In this document: one piece after another, positions 31,734-42,545 of the stretch
Position numbering within the stretch: the first letter of the stretch is position 1
Layout of the letters: every line of letters starts with the position of its first letter
DNA from: Candidatus Sulfomarinibacteraceae bacterium
Lineage (GTDB): Bacteria > Acidobacteriota > Thermoanaerobaculia > Thermoanaerobaculales > Sulfomarinibacteraceae
NCBI GenBank assembly: GCA_963796455.1
Contig: CAWCLO010000010.1
Coordinates: 256,001 to 320,000, forward strand
DNA length: 64,000 nucleotides
Reading direction: 5' to 3'
Made by a program: the position numbers and the translations under genes
Notes under the pieces: model-generated
Told to the model about the DNA's origin: nothing
The model's input: only the letters and a program-made list of their open reading frames with translations
Databases searched by the model: none

Positions 31734-32927
<1,194 letters not shown>

Positions 32928-33009
32928 ATCCTTGAGCCTCCCTCTCTGGTTTCGGGTGTTTTGAACTCGCGAGGTGACGAGTTCGCCCTGTTATCAATCG
33001 CTCACTTTA

Positions 33010-33084
33010 TGGAGCCCACGACCAGACTTGAACTGGTGACCCCGTCCTTACCAAGGACGTGCTCTACCACTGAGCTACGTGGGC
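33010..33084 (-). tRNA. tRNA-Thr(GGT)
   Basis: GCCCACG acceptor, CGTCC-TT-GGT-AA-GGACG, CCA end. Confidence 0.96.
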
Positions 33085-33099
33085 ACACTGTCCCTTTTC

Positions 33100-33174
33100 T
33101 GGAGCGGGAGACGGGACTCGAACCCGCGACCAACGGCTTGGAAGGCCGAGACTCTACCACTGAGTTACTCCCGC
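33100..33174 (-). tRNA. tRNA-Gly(TCC)
   Basis: GCGGGAG acceptor, CT-TCC-AA loop, CCA end. Confidence 0.96.
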
Positions 33175-33196
33175 GCTCTCGCTATCGTCATGACTA

Positions 33197-33283
33197 TGGT
33201 GCAGGCGGATGGGTTCGAACCACCGTAGGCATAATGCCGGCAGATTTACAGTCTGCTGCCTTTAACCACTCGGCCACGCCTGC
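33197..33283 (-). tRNA. tRNA-Tyr(GTA)
   Basis: GCAGA-CT-GTA-AA-TCTGC, long variable arm, CCA end. Confidence 0.96.
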
Positions 33284-33297
33284 AAAAACAGCTCTCA

Positions 33298-33372
33298 TGG
33301 AGCTGGCGATGGGAATCGAACCCGCAACCTGCTGATTACAAATCAGCTGCTCTACCATTGAGCTACGCCAGC
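33298..33372 (-). tRNA. tRNA-Thr(TGT)
   Basis: GCTGGCG acceptor, TT-TGT-AA loop, CCA end. Confidence 0.96.
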
Positions 33373-33442
33373 AGCCTTTCGACTCCCCGTTTCCCTGAAA
33401 TTGCAAAGAACACACCTCTGCCGTCGAGGCAGTGGGAACGGG

Positions 33443-33471
33443 ACGATAGCACAGGAAGTCAATGGATGCAA
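33443..33471 (-). promoter_or_regulatory. Probable sigma-70 promoter of the tRNA-tuf operon
   Basis: Minus strand TTGCAT-17 nt-TATCGT with TGn extension. Confidence 0.5.
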
Positions 33472-33510
33472 GCAAATAGCTTGCCGGAATTGGGGTTTTG
33501 GCCATGGTCA

Positions 33511-33617
33511 GATGCTGGATGCTCGATGCTGGATGCTGGATCTACCCACCCACCCCGTTCGAACCGGCAATTTGAGGTCGATGAGAGTTCTACATCCAGC
33601 ATCTGGTATCCAGTATC
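33511..33617. repeat. Inverted heptamer-repeat hairpin (GATGCTG)n...(CAGCATC)n
   Basis: GATGCTGGATGCTCGATGCTGGATGCTGGAT and CATCCAGCATCTGGTATCCAGTATC; abuts cassette copy 2. Confidence 0.8.
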
Positions 33618-33857
33618 ACTGCTGTCTAAAACAGATTGTCACATGAAGTTACCCACCTGACAACACGTGGTTTACGGGTTGGTTTTTGGCATATCCAGTT
33701 CGCGGTTGCCCCGTGCCCGTGTCCGCGTCCGCGTCCGTGCCCGAATTACAGCGGCAGCGACAGTGTCCAGCGTCAGCGACAGGCAACAGCGGTCAGCGAT
33801 CAGTGTTCAGTGTTCAGTGTTCAGTGTTCAGCGGCAGCGGTCAGGTGCCGTGACGGC

Positions 33858-33998
33858 GTGGCCACCTCCGGGTCGTTCAAGAGAAAGGGGTAGCCGGTGG
33901 GCGGCCGATGTCAAGGACAGGCAGGGTGCAGGGCATCCTTGACATCGGCCGCCACACCGGCTTGTGGGAACGGGCATGAACGACCCGGAGGTGACCAT
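33858..33998 (+). ncRNA. Putative structured leader RNA, copy 2
   Basis: Same nested stems as 19327-19466; inner stem GGCGGCCGATGTCAAGGA/TCCTTGACATCGGCCGCC is a perfect 18 bp here. Confidence 0.6.
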
Positions 33999-34350
33999 GT
34001 CCAACGCCGCCACGAACACCAACCTCATTGCCCACTCGAAAGCCCTCGAAGCTGCAGGCATCGCGATCAAACTCGTGATGAGAGTTCCAGCTCCGCTGAA
34101 GTCCATAGCCGATCAGGTGATCCGGTCGGCAAGTTCAGTCCCTGCGAATCTGGCAGAAGGGCACGGCCGAGTCGGTAGAGACCGGTCGTACCATTGGAGA
34201 ATCGCTTACGCCTCGGCAAAAGAGGTCGATAGCCACTTCAAGCTCCTCGCCCACACCGGGGCGATCAACCGGTATGGAGCCAGTGACGCAATGAACGCCT
34301 TCGATCAGGTTCGTGCCATGACCTGGCGGCTGTTGAACCCGACGAATTGA
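33997..34350 (+). CDS. Four helix bundle protein, copy 2
   Basis: 117 aa; 11 substitutions versus copy 1 by manual comparison. Confidence 0.88.
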   Translation: MSNAATNTNLIAHSKALEAAGIAIKLVMRVPAPLKSIADQVIRSASSVPANLAEGHGRVGRDRSYHWRIAYASAKEVDSHFKLLAHTGAINRYGASDAMNAFDQVRAMTWRLLNPTN

Positions 34351-34474
34351 GTGCTGATAGCTGAACGCTGACCCTGGCAACCGTTCGCTGTCGCTGTCCG
34401 CCGCTCCCCGTCCCTGTCCCCGGTCGCTACCTGAGACTTTGTCCTGGACAAGAGTGATCCGGCATCTCTATCCC

Positions 34475-35203
34475 TCAGCCGATCTGGGACTTACACAGCT
34501 CCCAGAGAAGTATGCCCGCTGAGACAGAGAGATTGAGCGACTCGACACCCTCAGCCATCGGAATCGAGATGAATTCGTCGACCTGTGATCGGGTCTTTGC
34601 CCGAAGCCCCGCCGCCTCGGCCCCGACAACGAGAATCCAACGCTCGGTTCCTTTGACCGAGTGCAGGGACGGGCCGTCGGCGTCGGCGCCAAAGGCCCAG
34701 TATCCATGGGGTCGCAGCGTCGCCAGGACGTCCGCGGCAACCCGTTCGCGGATCAGTGGGACCCTGCCGACAAGACCGGCGGCGGCCTTGAAGACAACCC
34801 CGCCGAGCGGTGGCGCCGAGGGGCCGGCAATGACCAGACCATCGATATCGAAGGCAGCGGCGGTGCGGATGACCGCCCCGAGGTTTTGCGGATCGTTGAT
34901 ATCGTCGACCATCAGCAACCGGCCTGTCTCGGTTTTCGGTCGGATCACGTCCTGCAGAGGGGTGAAACCGATCGGCGCCGTGCGGACCGCAAAACCGTTG
35001 TGGGCCGCACCATCAGCGACACCCTCGATCCTCGCGCGGGGGACCATGTCATAACGCAGGCCGCGACGGTGGGTCGCGGTGCTGATCGAACGCATGCGCT
35101 GGTCATGTCGGTCCTTTTGAATCCAGACAGCATCAACAGGTTGCTCGCTCTCGAGCACGGCAAGAACCGCGTGGAATCCTACGACCCAGAGTGTCTCAGC
35201 CAC
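34475..35203 (-). CDS. rlmB: TrmH/SpoU-family rRNA methyltransferase, RlmB-like
   Basis: DPQNLGAVIRTA, VGAEAAGL, IPMAEGVESLNLSVSAG. Confidence 0.85.
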   Translation of the reverse strand: MAETLWVVGFHAVLAVLESEQPVDAVWIQKDRHDQRMRSISTATHRRGLRYDMVPRARIEGVADGAAHNGFAVRTAPIGFTPLQDVIRPKTETGRLLMVDDINDPQNLGAVIRTAAAFDIDGLVIAGPSAPPLGGVVFKAAAGLVGRVPLIRERVAADVLATLRPHGYWAFGADADGPSLHSVKGTERWILVVGAEAAGLRAKTRSQVDEFISIPMAEGVESLNLSVSAGILLWELCKSQIG

Positions 35204-35690
35204 TTTCGGCCCCCTTTTGAATCAGAACCACGGCCATGGCCGCAAGCCCCTCGTTGCGACCGGTGAATCCAAGTCCCTCGGTTGTGGTGGCCTTGACCGA
35301 TACCGCCGTCTTGTCGACGGCGAGCAACCCGGCCAGCGAAGCACGCATTTGCGGGCGGTGCGGGGCAATCCGCGGCCGTTCGCAGATCAGCGTGAGATCG
35401 CAGTTGCCGACAACGAAACCTTCACGATGCACCAGGTCCAGGGCCTTTCGGAGAATGACCGCCGAATCAACGCCGTACCATTTCGGATCGGTGTCCGGAA
35501 AATGATCGCCAAGATCACCAAGAGCCGCCGCGCCGAGCAGCGCATCGGAAACTGCGTGCAATGCGACGTCCGCATCCGAGTGACCCTCGAGGCCACGTTC
35601 GTTTTCGATCACGCACCCACACAGGGTGAGCGGTCCCGCGGCACCAAACCGGTGGACATCAAAGCCCTGGCCGATGCGAACAACCATCAC
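35196..35690 (-). CDS. ispF: 2-C-methyl-D-erythritol 2,4-cyclodiphosphate synthase
   Basis: RIGQGFDVHRF, GHSDADVALHA, VKATTTEGLGFTGR; start trimmed. Confidence 0.95.
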   Translation of the reverse strand: MMVVRIGQGFDVHRFGAAGPLTLCGCVIENERGLEGHSDADVALHAVSDALLGAAALGDLGDHFPDTDPKWYGVDSAVILRKALDLVHREGFVVGNCDLTLICERPRIAPHRPQMRASLAGLLAVDKTAVSVKATTTEGLGFTGRNEGLAAMAVVLIQKGAESG

Positions 35691-36361
35691 GAGAGTGTTC
35701 CCTTGAGGGCGCGCAAAAATTGGAGATCGGTTGTCCCTGTCAATTTCGGATTGGGAAACTGCGCGACGACACTTCGAACCGGGATGCCAACCAATTCCAG
35801 GAGCATCGATTCGTCGGTCCACACCTGGTCTTCTGCAACCTGCCCCCAGGCTCGCTCGAGCGCTTCGACTTTGAAAACCTGCGGTGTGAGAGCGAGGCGG
35901 AGATCGTCGCGAGAAACCGTGTCGACAATCATCCCGTCGTTGTCGATGTGCTTGACGGTATCGATAACCGGGGCTGAGAGAATCGCAGCCGGGGCGTCAC
36001 CGATGGCCCACACAACGCCTTTGACATCCTGCGGATCCACCAGCGGTCGTGCGGCGTCGTGAATTGCAACGACCTCAGCACCCAGGGCGGCCGCCGAGCG
36101 AACTCCATTTTGGACCGAGTCCTGCCGCCGGGGACCACCCGCCACAACCTGGCATTCGGAATAGTTCTCAGCCAATCGCTCGATCCAATTTTCTTTTCTT
36201 TCCGGCGGCACCACCACCACCAACGGCGCTTTTGGAAACGCCCGCCGGAGGGCCTCGAGTGAGGTTTCGAGCACGGTCCTCGACCCCAGCTTCTCTGCCA
36301 ACTTGTCGCCGCCGAATCGCGCCCCACGTCCCGCCGCAACAACTACCATCGCCAGATTCAC
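35687..36361 (-). CDS. ispD: 2-C-methyl-D-erythritol 4-phosphate cytidylyltransferase
   Basis: AAGRGARFG..K, GGPRRQDSV, IHDAARP, TPQVF; GTG start after GAAGGAG. Confidence 0.93.
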   Translation of the reverse strand: MNLAMVVVAAGRGARFGGDKLAEKLGSRTVLETSLEALRRAFPKAPLVVVVPPERKENWIERLAENYSECQVVAGGPRRQDSVQNGVRSAAALGAEVVAIHDAARPLVDPQDVKGVVWAIGDAPAAILSAPVIDTVKHIDNDGMIVDTVSRDDLRLALTPQVFKVEALERAWGQVAEDQVWTDESMLLELVGIPVRSVVAQFPNPKLTGTTDLQFLRALKGTLS

Positions 36362-36417
36362 AGTGACTCCTTCGTGTGGTCGATTCAGTTTACCGAGTGC
36401 GCCAAATAGGTTCTCGA

Positions 36418-37398
36418 TCAGGGGGTCTCTGCCAGACCGCGGATCAGCCCGGCCAGAAGGGACCAGCGTTCTTCGGCGGTGAGATCGCCATGGGCGCCAA
36501 TCACGAAACGACCCGTGGCGACCGCGGTCCCTTGACCAAGCGCTGGGTCCGAGTACTCGAAACCGGCACTGCCGACTGGTGGTTTGCCATCGCCGATCTC
36601 GCCCCACCGGGCCTGGTGGTTCTGTAATTGTTGCAGCGCCCCGGTGGCGGCGGCACCAGATCCGAGGTCACTGAAGAATACCTGCCCCTCGCGTTCCCCC
36701 GCCCGGTAGACTGCAATGACACCTCCCGGCAGAAAAGAGTGCCCCAGCAGATCCCTGGCGAGATAACGCGGACTCTGCACGACCAATCCATCGCGTGGCA
36801 AGACCGCCAGGATCGACGGCTGATCGGTCGTACCGGGAATCTTCCGACTGACCTCCGAAATCAGCCAATCCACAGCCTCGATCAAGGCAGTGTCTTCCTG
36901 ATCGGCCTCGACGTGGACAAAGACCCGCCCCTTCCAGAAGGCCCCTACGATATCTGAGCGATAACTCTCGGCGCCCCGCGCAGCCGTCACAGCCCCGGGC
37001 GGCCGCATCGATGAGAAGAGGCCGAAAGCACCGAGATCCGAGCCCATATCAAAAATGTCGAGCGTGACACCCGAGTCCGGATCATCTCGCATCTGGTAGC
37101 GGGCGTGGACCAATTCCTGAAATCCGTAACTTTCATAAAGGGGGGCACCGCCGTTGAGGTACTCCCACAGTGTCCCGGGTCGGTATCCGACCGGTTTTTC
37201 CGCCAGCTCCCAGCCATCGAGTTGCGCCGGATCCGGCAACAGATCGATGAGTTGGTCCGTCGCTTCTGAGGGCCCGGGGTCTGCTGCACAGGCGCACAAC
37301 ACCAGGATCACGAGAAGATGGAGGACTCGGCACGCCGGGAAAATGGATCGATTCATGTCGCGCATCACGCCTCCTCTCAGGTCGCAATTATCCACCAA
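36418..37398 (-). CDS. Putative lipoprotein (DUF6599-like); true start probably ~37356-37365
   Basis: Hydrophobic signal ending LCAC; LWEYLNGGA..Y..YGF and IFDMGS..GAFG motifs. Confidence 0.6.
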   Translation of the reverse strand: MVDNCDLRGGVMRDMNRSIFPACRVLHLLVILVLCACAADPGPSEATDQLIDLLPDPAQLDGWELAEKPVGYRPGTLWEYLNGGAPLYESYGFQELVHARYQMRDDPDSGVTLDIFDMGSDLGAFGLFSSMRPPGAVTAARGAESYRSDIVGAFWKGRVFVHVEADQEDTALIEAVDWLISEVSRKIPGTTDQPSILAVLPRDGLVVQSPRYLARDLLGHSFLPGGVIAVYRAGEREGQVFFSDLGSGAAATGALQQLQNHQARWGEIGDGKPPVGSAGFEYSDPALGQGTAVATGRFVIGAHGDLTAEERWSLLAGLIRGLAETP

Positions 37399-37416
37399 GC
37401 ACGGACTGAGGATCGG

Positions 37417-37445
37417 AAAAAAACGCCCGCCGGATCGGCGGGCGT
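37417..37445 (-). terminator. Intrinsic terminator downstream of frr
   Basis: ACGCCCGCCG-GAT-CGGCGGGCGT hairpin with an A-run on the plus strand. Confidence 0.85.
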
Positions 37446-37470
37446 CTGAAATATCTCACCACCCGAAAGA

Positions 37471-38025
37471 TCAGATTTCCATGATCTCTTCCTCTTTTTT
37501 CTTGAGGATGGAGTTGACCTTTTCGACATAGGTGTTGGTCAGATTCTGGATCTTCTCCTGACCATCGTGCATCTGGTCCTCTGAAATCTCCTTGGCTTTT
37601 TCCATGGCCTTGATCTGATCGTTGCCGTCACGCCGGATCTGACGCAAGGTGTTGCGCGATCCTTCGGCGACATTCTGCGCGACCTTGGCCAGCTCTTTGC
37701 GACGGTCTTCAGTCAGCGCCGGGATGTTGAGACGCACCACCTTGCCGTCGCTGTTGGGCGTCAGACCGAGATTCGACTTGAGCAGGGCCTTTTCGATGTC
37801 GGCCAAAACCTTTGGTTCCCACGGCGCAATCGTTATGGTGGACGGATCGGGCAGCGAGAGCGATGCAACCTGATTGAGCGGTGTCTGCGATCCATAGTAG
37901 TCGACGGTGATGCCATCAACCACTGCAAGGGAAGCACGCCCGGTTCGAAGCTTGGCGAGCTCACCCTGAAAAGCCTCGACAGCATTGACCATCCGGCGTT
38001 CAATTTCTACAAAGATCTCGTTCAT
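37471..38025 (-). CDS. frr: Ribosome recycling factor
   Basis: LRTGRAS, VDYYG, LGLTP, PALTEDRRKEL. Confidence 0.97.
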   Translation of the reverse strand: MNEIFVEIERRMVNAVEAFQGELAKLRTGRASLAVVDGITVDYYGSQTPLNQVASLSLPDPSTITIAPWEPKVLADIEKALLKSNLGLTPNSDGKVVRLNIPALTEDRRKELAKVAQNVAEGSRNTLRQIRRDGNDQIKAMEKAKEISEDQMHDGQEKIQNLTNTYVEKVNSILKKKEEEIMEI

Positions 38026-38756
38026 GCGACCTCCTCAGGGCCAACCCACGATCCAACGTCCTGGCCCATCACAACCTGCTTCATGATACCCGGGGTTCGA
38101 ATGTTGAATATCTGTATCGGTATCTCGTTCTCCATGCACAGCGAAATGGCCGCCGCGTCCATCACCCTCAAGCCCCGTTTCAGCACCTCTTGATAGCTGA
38201 GGCGGGGAATCAACTCGGCGGTCCGATCGGCCACCGGATCGCTTGTGTAGACACCATCGACCTTCGTGGCCTTCATCAGCACTTCGGCGTCGATTTCGTT
38301 GGCGCGCAGGGCGGCCGCCGAATCGGTGGTGAAAAAGGGGTTGCCGGTGCCTCCGGCAAAGAGGACGACTCTCCCTTTTTCCATATGGCGGATCGCCCTT
38401 CGTCTGATAAAGGGCTCTGCGACTTCGTTCATCTCGATCGCCGTTTGCACACGGGTCGGAATCTCGAGTTGTTCGATCGCCGACGAGAGGGCGAGGGCAT
38501 TGATCACCGTCGCCAACATCCCCATCGAGTCACCGGTGATGCGATCGATGCCCTGTTCGTGAGCAGAGACACCGCGGATGATGTTGCCGCCGCCGACCAC
38601 CACCGCAATCTGGGTGCCGAGGGCATGAACATCGGCGAGCTCGGCAGCGATCGTACGCACCACCGCAGGTTCGATCCCAAAAGACTGAGATCCCATCAAG
38701 GCCTCGCCCGAGAGCTTGACCATGATTCGGTGGTAGCGCGGCTGTGCCGGCTTCAT
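38022..38756 (-). CDS. pyrH: UMP kinase
   Basis: KLSGEAL, VGGGNI, GTGNPFFTTDSAAALRA. Confidence 0.97.
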   Translation of the reverse strand: MKPAQPRYHRIMVKLSGEALMGSQSFGIEPAVVRTIAAELADVHALGTQIAVVVGGGNIIRGVSAHEQGIDRITGDSMGMLATVINALALSSAIEQLEIPTRVQTAIEMNEVAEPFIRRRAIRHMEKGRVVLFAGGTGNPFFTTDSAAALRANEIDAEVLMKATKVDGVYTSDPVADRTAELIPRLSYQEVLKRGLRVMDAAAISLCMENEIPIQIFNIRTPGIMKQVVMGQDVGSWVGPEEVA

Positions 38757-38758
38757 AC

Positions 38759-39610
38759 CTATTCCTGGCTCCCCTCACCGAGTTTGTAACGAACAAACCG
38801 TACCACGGTCGCGTCAGCGCCCGAGCTATCCTTGAGGAACTGCTGCACCGACTTGTCGGGGTCCTTGGCAAAGGGCTGCTCGAGCAACACTTCCTGGACG
38901 AAGAACTTCTCCATCTTGCCCGCGACGATCTTTTTTGCGATCTCTTCCGGCTTGCCCGATTCGATCGCCTGGTTGAGCGCAATCTGACGCTCGTTGGCGA
39001 GCAGGTCCTCGGTCACCTGATCACGGTTGACAAAGCGGCTTTCGGTCGCGGCAATATGCAAGGCGACATCGTGCAGAGCTTCCTCCGTGGCGCCTCCGGA
39101 GCCCTCCACAACCACGCCGATCTTGCCGCCCATGTGGATGTAGGACGCGAGGGAATTGCCTTCGGCGGCCGCAACAACCGTCCCCTGTTTGGGAACGATG
39201 TTTTCGCCGATCACGGCAACCTTGAGCGAAACCGCCTCCTCGACGGTGTGCTCCGGATCGGCGGCAAAAGGCTGAGCCTTCAACTCATCCACGGAATGTG
39301 CATCGGTCGCGAGAATCTGTTCGACCAGTTCCTGACCGAAGCCCCGAAAATCCTCGAGCTTCGAAACCGGCTCGGTCTCACAGTTGAGCTCGAGGATCGC
39401 CATTTTCTTGTCGTCACCAACGACCGTGACCATGCCTTCGTTCGCAGCTCGACCCGCCTTCTTGGCGGCTGCTGCGAGGCCCTTTGTCCGCAGATAGGTG
39501 ATCGCCTCTTCGAGGTTTCCATCGGTCTCGACGAGCGCCTTTTTGCAGTCCATCATGCCTGCGCCGGTACGATCTCTGAGCTCCTTGACTGCCTGTGCTG
39601 TGATTGCCAT
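38759..39610 (-). CDS. tsf: Elongation factor Ts
   Basis: VKELRDRTGAGMMDCKKAL, ELNCETE; start trimmed to MAITAQ. Confidence 0.97.
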   Translation of the reverse strand: MAITAQAVKELRDRTGAGMMDCKKALVETDGNLEEAITYLRTKGLAAAAKKAGRAANEGMVTVVGDDKKMAILELNCETEPVSKLEDFRGFGQELVEQILATDAHSVDELKAQPFAADPEHTVEEAVSLKVAVIGENIVPKQGTVVAAAEGNSLASYIHMGGKIGVVVEGSGGATEEALHDVALHIAATESRFVNRDQVTEDLLANERQIALNQAIESGKPEEIAKKIVAGKMEKFFVQEVLLEQPFAKDPDKSVQQFLKDSSGADATVVRFVRYKLGEGSQE

Positions 39611-39708
39611 TCTTTCCACCTCTTCGGCCCGGTGACTGTCCCAGGCTCTAAAATATGAGGCCAGGTGCACTGTTGCTCCTGGCCCCTAAAAATCATCACT
39701 GGTGCGAC

Positions 39709-40695
39709 TCAGTCCTTGGCCGGGGCAACCTCTTTGGTTTCGTCGGTGACGTCAGCCTTTTCGGCAGGTGCCTCGACAACCTCTTCAGCTGCCTCTTCCG
39801 CCTTGGCGACCGGCGCCTCTTCGACAGCAGCCGGCTCTTCAGCCTCGACCGCAGTCACGGTCTCCACGGGAGCAGCCTCTTCAGCAGGCGCTGCTTCTTC
39901 CGTCGGCGCCTCGTCCACCGCAGGTGCGGCGTCTTCGGCAACTCCAGTCGCAGCCTCGTCGTCGGACGGTGCAGTCGCGATGTCCTTCTCTTCGTCGCCC
40001 ACGAAACGTTCATCCGCCAGGTTGAGGCCCTCGAGGATATTGTCGGCGATTCGTGACGTGAACAGGCGAATGGCCCGAATCGCGTCGTCGTTGCCGGGGA
40101 TCGGGAAGTCGACTTCTTCGGGGTCCGAGTTGGTATCGACCACAGCAACCACCGGGATTCCGAGACGATTGGCCTCCTTGATGGCAATGTGCTCGTGCAC
40201 CGTATCGACCACGAAGAGTGCATCAGGGAGATCTTCCATGTCCCTGATACCGCCAAAGGCGCGATCCATCTTGCGCCGCTGGCGCTCGAGCTGGATCCGC
40301 TCTTTCTTGGTCAGGTGGGACTCCTCGTTGCCGAGGACTCCTTCGATCTCTTTGAATCGCACGATCGATTTCCGGATTGTCCGGAAATTGGTCATGGTGC
40401 CGCCAAGCCAGCGGTGGTTCATATAGAACATCCCGCAGCGCTCGGCCTCCTCGCGGATCGCGTCCTGCGCCTGGCGCTTGGTGCCCACAAAGAGCACGTT
40501 GCGGCCGTTGGCGGCGAGATCGCGAATAAACTCGGCAGCATCTTCGAAGTGATGGAGTGTCTTCTGAAGATCGACAATGTGAATGCCATTGCGCTTGCCA
40601 AAGATGAACGGTTTCATCTTCGGGTTCCAGCGCTGCGTTTGATGCCCGAAGTGAACTCCGGCTTCGAGCAACTCCTTCATCTGGATGTTCGCCAC
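39709..40695 (-). CDS. rpsB: 30S ribosomal protein S2 with long acidic tail
   Basis: [25 protein letters not shown]. Confidence 0.98.
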   Translation of the reverse strand: MANIQMKELLEAGVHFGHQTQRWNPKMKPFIFGKRNGIHIVDLQKTLHHFEDAAEFIRDLAANGRNVLFVGTKRQAQDAIREEAERCGMFYMNHRWLGGTMTNFRTIRKSIVRFKEIEGVLGNEESHLTKKERIQLERQRRKMDRAFGGIRDMEDLPDALFVVDTVHEHIAIKEANRLGIPVVAVVDTNSDPEEVDFPIPGNDDAIRAIRLFTSRIADNILEGLNLADERFVGDEEKDIATAPSDDEAATGVAEDAAPAVDEAPTEEAAPAEEAAPVETVTAVEAEEPAAVEEAPVAKAEEAAEEVVEAPAEKADVTDETKEVAPAKD

Positions 40696-40706
40696 GAATC
40701 TCTCCC

Positions 40707-41099
40707 TTATCTCTTGGAGAACTGGAAGCGTTTGCGGGCCTTCGGTTGGCCGTACTTCTTCCGCTCCACCTTTCGTGCATCACGGGTCAGGAAGCCCGCT
40801 GATTTCAACCTCGGACGGAGCTCGGCGTTGTACTCGAGCAGAGCGCGGGAGATACCGTGTCGGATCGCCCCGGCTTGACCGTTGGGTCCGCCGCCGTCAA
40901 CATTCACCAGGATGTCGAATTTATCGGCGGTCTCGGTCAGCAACAAGGGCTGCCTGATCACCATCTTCAACACCCGGTTCGGGAAGTAGTCGTCAAAATC
41001 GCGTCGATTGACTTTGATACTGCCGCTTCCCGGCCGCAAATACACTCGGGCCACCGCTGTTTTGCGCCGCCCGGTGCCGTAATACTGAATCTCTGACAC
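40707..41099 (-). CDS. rpsI: 30S ribosomal protein S9
   Basis: [29 protein letters not shown]. Confidence 0.98.
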   Translation of the reverse strand: MSEIQYYGTGRRKTAVARVYLRPGSGSIKVNRRDFDDYFPNRVLKMVIRQPLLLTETADKFDILVNVDGGGPNGQAGAIRHGISRALLEYNAELRPRLKSAGFLTRDARKVERKKYGQPKARKRFQFSKR

Positions 41100-41116
41100 G
41101 AACTCCCCCTCTCACA

Positions 41117-41545
41117 TCACACAGCGTGAATCTTGGGTTGCTGCGCTTCGTGCGGATGCTCAGGACCTGCATAGATCTTGAGCTTCCGAAGCAGCTTGCG
41201 ACCAAGACGGTTCTTGGGCAACATGCCCCACACTGCGGCCTGGATCACCCGTTCGGGATACTTGTCGAGACGCACGCGCGCCGTTTCCGACTTCAGCGAT
41301 CCCGGGCGACCGGAGTGCCGATAGTAGACCTTGTCGTCCATCTTGGCTCCAGTCAACCGCACCTTCTCGGCATTGACGACAACGACGAAGTCGCCGGTGT
41401 CGAGGTACGGGGTGAAATCCGGCTTGTGTTTTCCGCGCAAGAGACGCGCCACTTCAGTGGCGAACCGGCCGAGCACCTGGTCGGCGGCGTCCATCACCAC
41501 CCACTCGCGCGTGATCTCACTTTCTTTCGGTACATAGCTTCCCAT
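41117..41545 (-). CDS. rplM: 50S ribosomal protein L13
   Basis: [32 protein letters not shown]; start trimmed. Confidence 0.97.
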   Translation of the reverse strand: MGSYVPKESEITREWVVMDAADQVLGRFATEVARLLRGKHKPDFTPYLDTGDFVVVVNAEKVRLTGAKMDDKVYYRHSGRPGSLKSETARVRLDKYPERVIQAAVWGMLPKNRLGRKLLRKLKIYAGPEHPHEAQQPKIHAV

Positions 41546-41595
41546 GATCGATTCCTTACGTAGTTCGCACGACCCTGCGGGCACAGGGGAACAAG

Positions 41596-41624
41596 ACTCT
41601 ACCCAAGCAAATCCCGGCTGTCAA
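41596..41624 (-). promoter_or_regulatory. sigma-70-type promoter of the rplM-rpsI-rpsB-tsf-pyrH-frr run
   Basis: Minus strand TTGACA-17 nt-TAGAGT. Confidence 0.72.
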
Positions 41625-41704
41625 GGCGTTTCCCAGCCAAATTCGCCCCCTCTTCCCGCGCCCGTCTTCGTTTCCGTTTCAGTGCCCGACGAATGGACCT
41701 GAGT

Positions 41705-42268
41705 TCAGACTCCCGATGTCTCTTCTTGGTGGGCCCGTCGTCTTGGCTGGACATCCGAATCAACGCTCGCCGGAAGGGCCCTCGGGCCGCGAGCCGGCAG
41801 CTCCTCGAGGTTGCCCGGACCAAACCACAAGGACAAGCTTCGTGAGGTCCCCTGAACCGTCAGGATCCGCAAATGAAGTTCGTTCGAAAGCCAGCGCCGA
41901 AGATCGACCACCACGATGCCTTGTCCTTTGAAAACTTTGACACGCGGGTTGTCGAGGGCGAGAAACCCGAGTTCCACGGCCTTTCTGGGAACCGGAAAAC
42001 CGCCGACGGCCCGCACTCTGCGCATTCGAAACCCGAGGTGGCGATGGCGCATCCGAATCTCGGCGAGATCGAGGCTGACTCGGGCGGGTATGCCTTTCCA
42101 CCTGACGGTGAGCTCGGCGGCGAGCGCGTCCCCTTTGCCGGTCAAACGGAGATCGCGAAGCCGCTCGCTGGCGGCGAGGGCGTCGTTGAGATGTCGCTCC
42201 ACCCGGGCCAGGTCGAGTACCACGTGGAGTCCGTCCCAACGCGCGAGAGGAGTCGCAAGATCGTTCAC
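41705..42268 (-). CDS. Hypothetical protein
   Basis: 187-aa ORF of protein-like composition filling the gap upstream of rplM. Confidence 0.6.
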   Translation of the reverse strand: MNDLATPLARWDGLHVVLDLARVERHLNDALAASERLRDLRLTGKGDALAAELTVRWKGIPARVSLDLAEIRMRHRHLGFRMRRVRAVGGFPVPRKAVELGFLALDNPRVKVFKGQGIVVVDLRRWLSNELHLRILTVQGTSRSLSLWFGPGNLEELPARGPRALPASVDSDVQPRRRAHQEETSGV

Positions 42269-42297
42269 CGGGACAGTATATGCGAGCCGTGTGTTAC

Positions 42298-42330
42298 GAA
42301 TTCGGAGTTCGGAATTCGGAGTTCGGAATT
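42298..42330. repeat. Heptamer tandem repeat (TTCGGAr)n
   Basis: GAATTCGGAGTTCGGAATTCGGAGTTCGGAATT; same unit at 44068-44176. Confidence 0.85.
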
Positions 42331-42356
42331 GCCACTCACCCGCCCTCGTCTCACCG

Positions 42357-42453
42357 CCGCAGATGACGCAGATATGCGCAGATGATGAACCGGCGATTGA
42401 ACGGTCTTGCCGAAATCAATGTTGGTATCTGCGTTTATCTGCGTGATCTGCGG
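42357..42453. repeat. Inverted 9-10-mer repeat hairpin (CGCAGAT)x3...(ATCTGCG)x3
   Basis: CCGCAGATGACGCAGATATGCGCAGAT and ATCTGCGTTTATCTGCGTGATCTGCGG. Confidence 0.85.
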
Positions 42454-42545
42454 TTTCTCCGTCCGGGAACTCGATCATGCTGCCGGGCGGCGCCGAGGGG
42501 CTCGATCTACGAAGTCATGCGACGATCAGATACACTGCTCCCACC

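Larger units (their letters stand above)
33615..34450 (+). mobile_element. Repeated four-helix-bundle cassette, copy 2 (putative element)
   Basis: Homologous to 19071-19961; (CAGTGTT)x4 at 33801-33828 then (CAGCGG)x2; same leader and ORF. Confidence 0.55.

Noticed and set aside
39709..40000. Acidic tail of S2 as a novelty
   Set aside because: Long acidic S2 tails are common in many phyla.
41599..41823. Small basic ORF upstream of rplM
   Set aside because: Overlaps both the 187-aa ORF and the rplM promoter; no motif support.
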